Of a stretch of DNA of 62,426 nucleotides, positions 1-8,316 are shown piece by piece (the first letter of the stretch is position 1; every line of letters starts with the position of its first letter). Position numbers and translations under genes: made by a program. The stretch spans positions 1 through 62,426 of the forward strand of contig REEJ01000307.1 of the NCBI GenBank assembly GCA_007695125.1. The letters run 5' to 3'. This DNA comes from Trueperaceae bacterium (lineage in GTDB: Bacteria; Deinococcota; Deinococci; Deinococcales; Trueperaceae). A model generated the notes under the pieces. It saw nothing but the letters and a program-made list of their open reading frames with translations. It was not told where the DNA came from and searched no databases.

Positions 1-43
1 GGTACGTCGGTGGCGCGCGAAGAGCGGCGGGGGCCGGTTGCGA

Positions 44-2242
44 TCAGTCGTCGATCAGGCAACCCTGCTGAGTGTTGGTGAAGGTGTTGGCGCTACAGGC
101 GTCGAGGTTGACCATCGACCCGGGGCTCACGTAGAGCCCGTATCCGCTGCCGGAACCCGCGACGCCGGCGTCGCTGAAGGTGCTGTTGGTGACGAGCATC
201 TGCGCGACCTCGTTGATCGGGTTCTGTCCGACCGACAGGTTGAACGTCCTACCGCTGTCCACCCATCCCGTGACCCCGCCATCGAACTCGCCGCCGCCGT
301 ACGCGATGGTGACGTGGTCCATGACGTTGCCCGCCAGGCGCGCCTGGCGCAGGTAGACGCCGTACCAGGAGCCGCCGACCGGCGTCTCGCCGGTGAGCAC
401 GATCGGGCTCGCCGAAGTGCCATCGGCGACGATCCCGGCGTCCTCGTGCTGGGCGAAGATGCCCGTGTCCTCGAGGAACGACAGCGTGACGCCGGGTGCG
501 ATGGTCACGACGGCGCGCAGGTCGATCACGCCATCGACCAGGTAGCGGACGCCGTCGCCCAGCGCCGGCCAGGTGGCGTCATCGAGGACGTTGTCCGTCG
601 GCGAGTCCGTAGCGTCCAAGAGCACGTGGTCGTCGTCGTTGCCTGCGTACGACGTGCCGTCGTCGAGCCAGCGCGCGGCCTGCGCCGAGACGTGCGCCGC
701 GCCTTCCGCGTTCGCGGTCAGCGTGTTGTTCGCGAAGCCGCTCGCGGCGAACGTCGACCCGTGCGAGATGTAGAGGCCGTAGCCGGAGCCGTGGCGGAGC
801 GTGGTGTTCGTGAGCGTCGTCAGCAGCGCGTTCGCTGACGTGTCCGTCGTCGGCGAACCGAGGACGAGGTTGTAGCCGTAGACGGCGAAGTCTGGAACGT
901 CCGGCTCGCCACCGGCGTACTCGATCGTCACGTGGTCGAGGACGCTGTGCGAGTCCTCGTCGGTGCGCCAGATGATGATGCCGTTCCAGTGGCCGGGCAC
1001 GCTCTCGGTGCCGGTGAAGATGATCGGCTCGGCCGACGTGCCGTCGGCGACGATGCTGCCGCCGTCAGTGACGCGCAGCTCGCCGTCGGCGACGAACTCG
1101 ACCGTCACACCGGGGGCGACGGTGAGCTCGGCTTCGACCCTCGCCGCGCCATCGAAGCGGTAGGGCACGTCCGACGCGAGTCGCGTCCACGTGATCGGTT
1201 CGGTGATGGTGTTGATCTGGCCCGTTGTGCCGACCTGTTCGTCGCCGTCGATCTGCACGTAATCGTTGGTGTTGCCGGTCAGGACGCTGGCGCCGTCGAG
1301 GAAGCCGGAGTTGCGCGCCGACATCCGCACCGGCGCATCGCCGTGGCCGGTGATGGTGTTGCCGGCGAACGCAGAGACCGTCGAGAAGCGCGTGGCGTAG
1401 AGGCCGAACCCCGCCCCGTCGCGGATCGTCGTGTTGGTGATCGCGATCACGTTGACGTCGCTCACGTCGGTGGTCCCGGGCCTACCGAGTTGGAGGGAGA
1501 TGGCCGGGTCATCGGGGTCGGTGGGGTCGGTGTAGCCAGCGTGCTCGATGCGCACGTGGTCGAGGCTGCTCGAGTTCGTGCTGCCTGTGCGCCACATCTC
1601 GATGCCGCGCCACCAGCCGGCCGTGGTCTGCGTGCCCGCGAAGCGCACCACGGCAGCGGCGCTGCCGCTGGCGTCGAGCGAGCCGCTCGACGAGGTCACG
1701 CGCAGCCCGGCCTCCTCAGCGAAGCGGACGACGGTGCCGGCCTCGACCGTGAGACTGTCGGTGACGTCGATCGGGCTCAGGACGACGTAGTCGGTACAGC
1801 CGAAGCCCTGTGCGGTCCAGGTGGTGGGAACCGTGACGTCGGAGTCGATCTCGGTCGGCGCGGAGCACGCGACCACGGTCACGCTCGCCTCGGCCGTCGC
1901 GCCGCCGCTGCTGGTCGCCGTGATCGAGGTCGAGCCTGCAGCTACGCCGGTGACGACGCCGGCCGTGTCGACGCTGGCCACGGCACCGTCGAGGCTGGCC
2001 CACGTCACGTTCGTCGTCGGCGTGCCATCGAGGCTGGCCACGAGCGTTTCGTCGGCACCGATGCCGAGCTCGAGCGAGGCCGGGGCGATCGTGAGCGATC
2101 CCGCCGGCGCGCCGCCATTGCCGGGCGCGCCACAGGCGGCCACGAGCAGCGCCGCGAGGGCGAACGCTACCGCGTGCAGCACGGCACGGTGGCGCGGTCG
2201 GTAACCGGGGTCGATCGAACGATTGGAGCGTGAAGCGTGCAT
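44..2242 (-). CDS. Secreted lipoprotein: Big_2 (bacterial Ig-like) domain followed by three ~200-aa parallel-beta-helix-like repeats
   Basis: 732-aa ORF. ATG at 2242 is preceded by GAGGAGG. Lipobox LLVAAC|G. Ig-like segment (TNVTWASLDGAVASVD..GSTSITAT). Three internal repeats end in DHVRIEHAGY, DHVTIEYAGG and DHVTIAYGGG, and each is followed by an NTT[IL]R.G.G[FY]GLY-type strand. Confidence 0.8.
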   Translation of the reverse strand: MHASRSNRSIDPGYRPRHRAVLHAVAFALAALLVAACGAPGNGGAPAGSLTIAPASLELGIGADETLVASLDGTPTTNVTWASLDGAVASVDTAGVVTGVAAGSTSITATSSGGATAEASVTVVACSAPTEIDSDVTVPTTWTAQGFGCTDYVVLSPIDVTDSLTVEAGTVVRFAEEAGLRVTSSSGSLDASGSAAAVVRFAGTQTTAGWWRGIEMWRTGSTNSSSLDHVRIEHAGYTDPTDPDDPAISLQLGRPGTTDVSDVNVIAITNTTIRDGAGFGLYATRFSTVSAFAGNTITGHGDAPVRMSARNSGFLDGASVLTGNTNDYVQIDGDEQVGTTGQINTITEPITWTRLASDVPYRFDGAARVEAELTVAPGVTVEFVADGELRVTDGGSIVADGTSAEPIIFTGTESVPGHWNGIIIWRTDEDSHSVLDHVTIEYAGGEPDVPDFAVYGYNLVLGSPTTDTSANALLTTLTNTTLRHGSGYGLYISHGSTFAASGFANNTLTANAEGAAHVSAQAARWLDDGTSYAGNDDDHVLLDATDSPTDNVLDDATWPALGDGVRYLVDGVIDLRAVVTIAPGVTLSFLEDTGIFAQHEDAGIVADGTSASPIVLTGETPVGGSWYGVYLRQARLAGNVMDHVTIAYGGGEFDGGVTGWVDSGRTFNLSVGQNPINEVAQMLVTNSTFSDAGVAGSGSGYGLYVSPGSMVNLDACSANTFTNTQQGCLIDD

Positions 2243-2251
2243 CGGGCCTCC

Positions 2252-2476
2252 TCAGGCGTCGCCGTCGTCGCCGCCGGTCATGCCCGTATCGGGCGTGCCG
2301 GCGTCACCGAAGGCGCGCGAGCGAGCGGTGCGTTCGTCCAGGAAGGCCTGTAGGCCCGCGGTGTCGCGGAACCGCCGCACGCGGTGCGTGCGCACGTCGG
2401 TCAGGCTGGCGCGCCATGCGCCGTCGCCCTCGCCGTCGCGCCACAGGTACAGGACGTAACGCGCTTCCTCTCGCAC
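2252..2476 (-). CDS. Small hypothetical protein (74 aa) with an acidic Gly/Asp tail
   Basis: GTG start at 2476 lies 6 nt downstream of a -10-like TAGCCT. Its TGA (2254-2252) is embedded in the GAGGAGG ribosome-binding site of the next gene. The composition (YVLYLWRDGEGDGAWRASL..GLQAFLDE) is not shadow-ORF-like. Confidence 0.5.
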   Translation of the reverse strand: MREEARYVLYLWRDGEGDGAWRASLTDVRTHRVRRFRDTAGLQAFLDERTARSRAFGDAGTPDTGMTGGDDGDA

Positions 2477-2482
2477 GTCGCA

Positions 2483-2517
2483 AGGCTAGGCAGCTTGCCT
2501 CAAACGAGCCTCAAACG
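2483..2517 (-). promoter_or_regulatory. SARP-box-like promoter: two 10-nt direct repeats with 11-nt period, then 8 nt, then a -10 hexamer
   Basis: Plus-strand GCCTCAAACG at 2497-2506 and 2508-2517 (CGTTTGAGGC on the coding strand). Minus-strand TAGCCT at 2488-2483. GTG at 2476. Confidence 0.55.
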
Positions 2518-2532
2518 TGCTTGGGACGACCG

Positions 2533-5500
2533 TCACAAGTCCAGGAGGCGTCCGCTGGGTGAGCGTGCGCGCAAGCGCGCCTCGAGGTGCGCGACCTCCG
2601 CGACCGCGCCTTCGTCACCCGAGCGCACCAGCACGTTGCCGGCCAGCCACGTCAGGTGCGGCAACGCCCGCGCACGCCCGAGGGCGCGTGCCTCCTCGGC
2701 GAGGTCGCTCGCCCCGGCCCGACCCGCCGCCTCGAGCGCGCGTGCCTGCATCACCAGCGCGTGCCCCTGCTGCTCGACCATCCCGTGGCGTGCCGCACGC
2801 CGAACCGAGCGTTCGGCGTGCTCGACGGCACCGTCGGTGTCGCCGACGTAGCGATCGGCCACACTGCGGGCGCGCTCCGCGATGGCGCACGCCAGCGGCT
2901 GCCCGATGCGCTCTGCCAGCGCCAGCGCCTCCGTCGCGCTGGACAGAGCACCGTCGGTGTCGCCGACGGCCGCCGACGCGCCAGCCCAGACGCTCAGGAT
3001 GGTGCTGCGACGGTACGGGTCGGTCACGCCCTCCACGGCGTCCCAGGCCTCTTGCAACGCGCGCAACGCGTCGCCTGCCTCGTCGCAGTGCAGGTCGATC
3101 AGGGCGCGCCTGCTGGCGGCGTCGGCCGCGAAGAGCGGCGTGCCGTGCCCGCGCACCAGCCGCCTTGCCCGCAACGCGTGCGTGCGGCCCTCGTCGAAAC
3201 GGCCCGAGCCCACCAGCGCCAGCGCCACGCCGTTTCGCACCAAGATCTCGTGCTGGACGTCACCCACGGCCTCGAACGTCGCCAGCGCCCGGAGCAGCAG
3301 GGCCTCTGAGCGCTGCGGCCACCCGAGCGCCCACGCGGCGAGCCCGGCCACGTGATCGACATGCCCGCTGAAAGCAGCATCGAGCTCGGAGCGGTCGATC
3401 CCGGCGAGCCGCTCCGCGCAGCGCTCCAGGCGACCCATGTGCCAATCGAGGGTGCTGCGCTCGTACGCCAGGTCGGCGTCGTCCGGGACGAGCGCCGAGA
3501 GGGCCTCGAGGCTCGCCTCGGCCGCCGTGAACTCGCCACGCGCCCAGGCCAGGTGGAACGTCACCCAGTGCCGGTCGATGGTGATCTTCAGCGGGGTGGG
3601 GATGCCGGCGCGCTGGGAGGCGTCGTCGAGGAGCGCCGCGGAGCGGGCGTACGCGCCCGCCGTCCGCGCCAGCCGCGCCAGCGTGATCAGCGCCTCGAGC
3701 GCGATCGCAGCGTGCCCGTGGCGATCCGCGGCGTCGAGCGCTGCCTCGACCTCGCGTTGGGCGCGCTCGAGTTCGAGCTTGCCGCGCGCCGAGCCGAGCC
3801 ACAGCAGCGCACGCGCGTAGCGCTCCGAGCTGTCGTCGACGCTCGCCACCAACCGCTCCAGCCACCGCATGGCCTGCCGCGACGGGCCGATCGTGAGCGC
3901 GGCCTCGGCGGCGGCCTGCAACACCGGTGCGGCGGCTGCGGCGTCGTCGCCGGCCTCGAGCCGATGCCACGCGACGAGGCCCACCGGGGCGGCGCGTGCG
4001 GCAAGAGCATCGGCCAGACGCCGATGCAGCAGGCGCCGAACGGACGCGGGCGCATGGGCCTCGACGACCTCCTGCGCCAACGTATGCGTGAAGGCACCGT
4101 CGACGAGCCATCCCGCGCCCTCCGCAGCGCCGAGTGCCTCGGCCACGCGATGCTCGTCGAGGTCGAGCACCTCGGCCACGAGGTCGACTGCCGCCGCGGG
4201 GGCGAGCGCGAGCACGCGTACGGCGCGCAGTGCCTCGCGATCGAGATCGTCGAGGCGACGTTCCAGCGTCCGCACGACGCGGTCGGGCGCTTCGACGTCG
4301 GTGGGAAGCCCAACCGCGGGCCGCAACCGACCGGCGGCATGGAGGTCCTTGAGCATCTCGACCACGAACAGCGGGTTGCCCCCCGTGAAACCCACGAGAT
4401 CGGCCGCCAGCGCCTCACCATCGTCGATCCCGACGGAGACCAGCAGCGCCTCGACGGCGCCGGCGTCGAGCGGCGACATCGCAATCACGACGGCCATGCC
4501 CTTCGCGCACAGGGCGCCCACGCTGCGCGCGTCCGCGGCGGCGAGCGCCCCCTCGCGCACCGTGACCGCCAGCGCCGGGCGCTGGGCACCGTCCTCTCCG
4601 ATGGCCGCGAGGAGCACGCGCCGGCTGTCCTCGTCGAACGCGTGCAGGTCGTCGATAACCACCGTGGCGACCGAGGGGTCGAGGGAGCGCAGGGCAGCGG
4701 CCACGGCTGGCCCGGAGCGGGCGGACACGGTCGGACCTGCCACGCCCGCGCCTTCGGACGCCGCCGGGTCGGCCGCGACGCGGCCGAGCTCGTCGCGCGC
4801 CCACCGCGGCAGCACTTCGCCGTCGACGACCCGGCGCAGCGTCGCGACGGCCCTGACGAGGCTGGCGTACGGCACGCCTGCGTCGCCGGGACGGCCCTCG
4901 AGGACCACGTAGCGCCCACGCCCTTCGGCGGCGTCGAGGGCGAGCCGGCTCGTGCCGGCACCCGCCGCGTCGACCAACAGCACGATTCGGCCCTCCGACC
5001 AGGCGCGTCCCACGGCTTCGAGCTCCTCTGTCCGGCCCACGAGGACGCTCGGTCGGAGCAGCGCCGGTGGGGTCGTGGCGATCGTCTCGAGCGGCGTGTG
5101 GTCGCGGATGGCGCGCTCGGCCGCAGCGATGGCGTCGCCCAACTCGCTCGTCTCGGGCAACGGGTCCACACCGAGCTCGCGGTCGAGCAGCGCTCTGCAC
5201 GCCTCGTACTGCACCCGGGCGGCCCGCACGTCGCCCCGCTGCAGGTGCAGCCGGACGACGAACTGGTGCGCGCTCTCGTCGAGCGGGTCGAGGCTCAGCA
5301 GCGCCGTCGCCAGGGTGACGGCCTCCGCGCTGGCGCCGGCCGCCGCCAGGCGGCGCGACTCGCCGCGCAGCGCGTCGCGCCGCAGGTCTTCGAGCCGCAT
5401 GCGCTCGAGCCCGAGCCAGTCCTCGAACGCCGGCGCATCCGGCACCCGCACGCCGTCGAACGGCGCGCCGCGCCACAGCGCGAGGGCGCTGCCATGGCGG

Positions 5501-5811
5501 CCCCGCGCGACGAGACGCTCGAAGACGGTGACGTCGCACCTGACGCGCAGGCGCACGGGGCCACGCCCGACCGAAAGCCAGCGCTCGCCACCCGGCGCCC
5601 TCCGCAGCGTGTGCAGCGCCTGATGCACGCTGCCGACACGCTCCAGCCCCCACAGGAGTTCCGCGAGGTCGCGGCGCGAGACGCCGCCGTCGGCGCGCGC
5701 GAGGTACGCCAGCAGCGCGAGCGCCTTGACGGCCCGCGGCGCCACCCGCGCACCGCCCCACGAGAACGCCGGGGCGCCCAGGAGCCGCGCGATGAGCCGG
5801 GGTCCAGACAT
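2533..5811 (-). CDS. AfsR/SARP-family regulator: winged-helix + BTAD domain, STAND-type NTPase with degenerate P-loop, C-terminal TPR-like repeats
   Basis: 1092 aa. The N-terminus (ALALLAYLA..RRDLAELLW.., WRGAPF.., ESAHQFVVRLHLQRGDVRAARVQYEACRALLDRELGVDP) is typical of BTAD/SARP proteins. Walker-A-like DAAGAGTS and Walker B VVIDDLH. Long Ala/Leu-rich helical C-terminal half. Confidence 0.85.
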   Translation of the reverse strand: MSGPRLIARLLGAPAFSWGGARVAPRAVKALALLAYLARADGGVSRRDLAELLWGLERVGSVHQALHTLRRAPGGERWLSVGRGPVRLRVRCDVTVFERLVARGRHGSALALWRGAPFDGVRVPDAPAFEDWLGLERMRLEDLRRDALRGESRRLAAAGASAEAVTLATALLSLDPLDESAHQFVVRLHLQRGDVRAARVQYEACRALLDRELGVDPLPETSELGDAIAAAERAIRDHTPLETIATTPPALLRPSVLVGRTEELEAVGRAWSEGRIVLLVDAAGAGTSRLALDAAEGRGRYVVLEGRPGDAGVPYASLVRAVATLRRVVDGEVLPRWARDELGRVAADPAASEGAGVAGPTVSARSGPAVAAALRSLDPSVATVVIDDLHAFDEDSRRVLLAAIGEDGAQRPALAVTVREGALAAADARSVGALCAKGMAVVIAMSPLDAGAVEALLVSVGIDDGEALAADLVGFTGGNPLFVVEMLKDLHAAGRLRPAVGLPTDVEAPDRVVRTLERRLDDLDREALRAVRVLALAPAAAVDLVAEVLDLDEHRVAEALGAAEGAGWLVDGAFTHTLAQEVVEAHAPASVRRLLHRRLADALAARAAPVGLVAWHRLEAGDDAAAAAPVLQAAAEAALTIGPSRQAMRWLERLVASVDDSSERYARALLWLGSARGKLELERAQREVEAALDAADRHGHAAIALEALITLARLARTAGAYARSAALLDDASQRAGIPTPLKITIDRHWVTFHLAWARGEFTAAEASLEALSALVPDDADLAYERSTLDWHMGRLERCAERLAGIDRSELDAAFSGHVDHVAGLAAWALGWPQRSEALLLRALATFEAVGDVQHEILVRNGVALALVGSGRFDEGRTHALRARRLVRGHGTPLFAADAASRRALIDLHCDEAGDALRALQEAWDAVEGVTDPYRRSTILSVWAGASAAVGDTDGALSSATEALALAERIGQPLACAIAERARSVADRYVGDTDGAVEHAERSVRRAARHGMVEQQGHALVMQARALEAAGRAGASDLAEEARALGRARALPHLTWLAGNVLVRSGDEGAVAEVAHLEARLRARSPSGRLLDL

Positions 5812-5926
5812 CAGGCCACGCTACCCGCTTCGACGGCGGTACCTCGCCTGTGTCGCGTCCGGCCCGCACACGGGACCTCGGGAGCGGCGGGCACGCAGGC
5901 GTCGCGCTACGCGCCATACTGTCGAG

Positions 5927-6982
5927 ATGCTGCCCGTGCGAACGACCTGGAACGGCCACGCGCGCTTCACCGCGCTGCTGTGCGTGCTCGCGTGCCTCAC
6001 GCCGTGGAGTGCGGCGCGCGACGGCACGGTCCCCGACCCGCCACGCGGCGACGTTCGCGTCGTGGTGTTCGGGGACTTCAACGGCCCCTACGGCAGCGTG
6101 ACGTACCCGGCGCCGGTCGCCCGGGCGGTGGCGGCGATCATCGACGTCTGGCGTCCCGACGGCGTGCTGCTCCCCGGCGACCTCGTGGCGGGCCAGGATC
6201 GTTCGCTGCCGATTGAGCGCTTCGCGGCGATGTGGGACGCGTTCGACGCGGCCGTCGCCGCGCCGTTGCGCGCCGCCCGCATCCCGTACGTCGCCACGAT
6301 GGGCAACCACGACGCGTCGAACCTGCGGGTCGCCGACGGGAGCTTCGCGTTCGCGCGCGAGCGCGACGCGGCGGCCGGCTACTGGGCGCGCCCCGAGCAC
6401 CGCGCCGGCTTGGACGTCGTGGCCGACGACGGTGCGCCGTTCACGTTCGCGACGCGTCTAGGTCCGCTGTTCGTCGCCGCGATCGACGCGTCCGGTCCGG
6501 TGGTCGACGCCGATCAACGCGCCTGGTTGTCAGCAGCGCTCGGCACGGAGGCGGCTCGCGAGGCGAGCGCGCGGATCGTGATGGGTCACCTCCCGCTCGT
6601 CGGGATCGCGATCGGACGCGACCGCCAGGGCGAGGTGGTGTGGGAGGCGGCGTCGCTGCGCGACCTGATGCTCGCGCACGACGTCGATCTCTACGTCAGC
6701 GGCCACCAGGCGGCGTACTACCCTGGCCGCTGGGAGGGGCTGGAGCTGCTCTTCAGTGGCGGCGTCGGCGGCCGCCGCTTGCGCGTCGGCGACGCTCCCG
6801 CGCGCTCGGCGGTGACGGTCGTCGACGTGTGGCTGGAACCGCTCACGCTGCGCTACACGACCTTCGACCCGGTCGGGTTCGAGGCGTACGACGCCACGGC
6901 GCTACCGGCGCGGCTCGACGGCTACGGCGGGACCCTCGAACGCTCGACGCGCGACGGCTCCTGCGCGGCCTCCGGCTGCTGA
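5927..6982 (+). CDS. Secreted calcineurin-like metallophosphoesterase
   Basis: Start moved to the ATG at 5927 (the track ORF starts at 5726 and would overlap the divergent gene). Signal peptide present. Motifs VVVFGDFNG, LLPGDLV, GNHD and GHLP. Confidence 0.8.
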   Translation: MLPVRTTWNGHARFTALLCVLACLTPWSAARDGTVPDPPRGDVRVVVFGDFNGPYGSVTYPAPVARAVAAIIDVWRPDGVLLPGDLVAGQDRSLPIERFAAMWDAFDAAVAAPLRAARIPYVATMGNHDASNLRVADGSFAFARERDAAAGYWARPEHRAGLDVVADDGAPFTFATRLGPLFVAAIDASGPVVDADQRAWLSAALGTEAAREASARIVMGHLPLVGIAIGRDRQGEVVWEAASLRDLMLAHDVDLYVSGHQAAYYPGRWEGLELLFSGGVGGRRLRVGDAPARSAVTVVDVWLEPLTLRYTTFDPVGFEAYDATALPARLDGYGGTLERSTRDGSCAASGC

Positions 6983-7016
6983 GCCGCTCCCCCGCGAACG
7001 GCTGTACGATGCCCGC

Positions 7017-8270
7017 GTGCAGGCCAAGGGCTGGGGCGAACCGAACCGCAACTTCTGGCTGGGCGTCTACAACGGCGTCCTCGTCAACGGCGGCGAGGCG
7101 TTCTTCCACAGCGCCCTCGTGCTGGCTCCGTTCCTGGCCGCGCTGGGCGCTCCAGGCTGGGTGATCGGGATGATCCCCGCCCTGCGCGTCGGCGGCTGGT
7201 TCTTGCCGCAGTTGTTCGTCGCGAGCCGTCTGGCGCACCAACCCTTCAAGCTGCCGTTGTACCGGCGCACCTCGACGCTGCGCATCGTCGTCTTCGCCGC
7301 GCTCACCGTGACCGTGTTCCTGGTCGACGACCCGCGCGTGCTGATCCCCGTCACGCTCGCCGTCCTGGCGCTCAACTCCGTCGCCGGCGGCATCGGTGGG
7401 GTCCCCTTCGCCGACGTCACCGCCAAGGTCGTCCCCCACTACCGCTTGGGCACGTTCTGGGTCCTGCGCAACGCCATCGGCGGGGTGCTGGCGTTGCTCT
7501 CCGGGCTGGTGCTGCGTTGGGTGTTCGACTCGGACCTACCGTTCCCGACGGACTTCGGCGTCGTGTTCCTGTTCGGCACGGTGCTGGTCGGTGGTGCGTA
7601 CCTCTCGTTCGCGCTGGTGCGCGAACCGCCCGGCGTGCCGGCGCTCAAGGAGCCGCTCGCCGCCATGTTGCGGCGCCTGCCGAGCGTGTTGCGCGTCGAC
7701 GTCAGCTTCCGGCGCTACCTGCGGGTGCGCTTCCTGGGGCTGCTCGCGTTGATGGCCGAGCCCTTCTACGCGATCCATGCCATCACCAACCTGGGCGCCC
7801 CGGTCGCCTCGTTGGGCACCTTCGTCATCGTCGCGACCTTCGCGTCGATCGCCGTGAACTTCGCCTTCCGCCGACCCGCCGACCGCGGCCAGAACGTGAC
7901 CGTCTTGCAGGTGTCGCTGGCGTGCATGGTCGCGGCGCCACTCGCTGCCCTGCTGATGCCGACCTGGCAGGGGTTCGCGCTGGTGTTCGCCCTCTCCGCC
8001 GCCGGCAACTCAGGCATGGGCATTGCGGCCTGGAACCTGCTCTACGCCGTCTCGCCGGCGCCGCAGCGACCGCTCTACGTGGGCGTGGCGAACAGCATCC
8101 TGGCGCTGCCGAGCCTGGCGCCGATCGCGGTCGGCCTGGCGGCGGTCGTGACCGGCTACCCCCTGCTGTTCGGCCTCGCGGCGGCCGTGGCGGCGGCGAG
8201 CCTGGCGTTCTCGTTCCGCTTCGGCGAGCTCCGCGCCCTCGACAAGGCGGCGCTCGAGGCGTCGCAGTGA
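7017..8270 (+). CDS. MFS-type transporter
   Basis: 417 aa with about 12 hydrophobic segments. Loop motifs are MFS-like. Confidence 0.75.
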   Translation: MQAKGWGEPNRNFWLGVYNGVLVNGGEAFFHSALVLAPFLAALGAPGWVIGMIPALRVGGWFLPQLFVASRLAHQPFKLPLYRRTSTLRIVVFAALTVTVFLVDDPRVLIPVTLAVLALNSVAGGIGGVPFADVTAKVVPHYRLGTFWVLRNAIGGVLALLSGLVLRWVFDSDLPFPTDFGVVFLFGTVLVGGAYLSFALVREPPGVPALKEPLAAMLRRLPSVLRVDVSFRRYLRVRFLGLLALMAEPFYAIHAITNLGAPVASLGTFVIVATFASIAVNFAFRRPADRGQNVTVLQVSLACMVAAPLAALLMPTWQGFALVFALSAAGNSGMGIAAWNLLYAVSPAPQRPLYVGVANSILALPSLAPIAVGLAAVVTGYPLLFGLAAAVAAASLAFSFRFGELRALDKAALEASQ

Positions 8271-8316
8271 CGACCCGGCTCGCAGCGTGCCCAGCGCAGG
8301 CGGCTCGCCGCCCGGC

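Noticed and set aside
3352-6216. 954-aa plus-strand ORF antisense to the SARP-STAND gene
   Set aside because: The composition is extreme in Arg/Ala/Gly/Pro and shows no motifs. It lies entirely opposite a motif-rich gene. This is the typical shadow ORF of GC-rich DNA.
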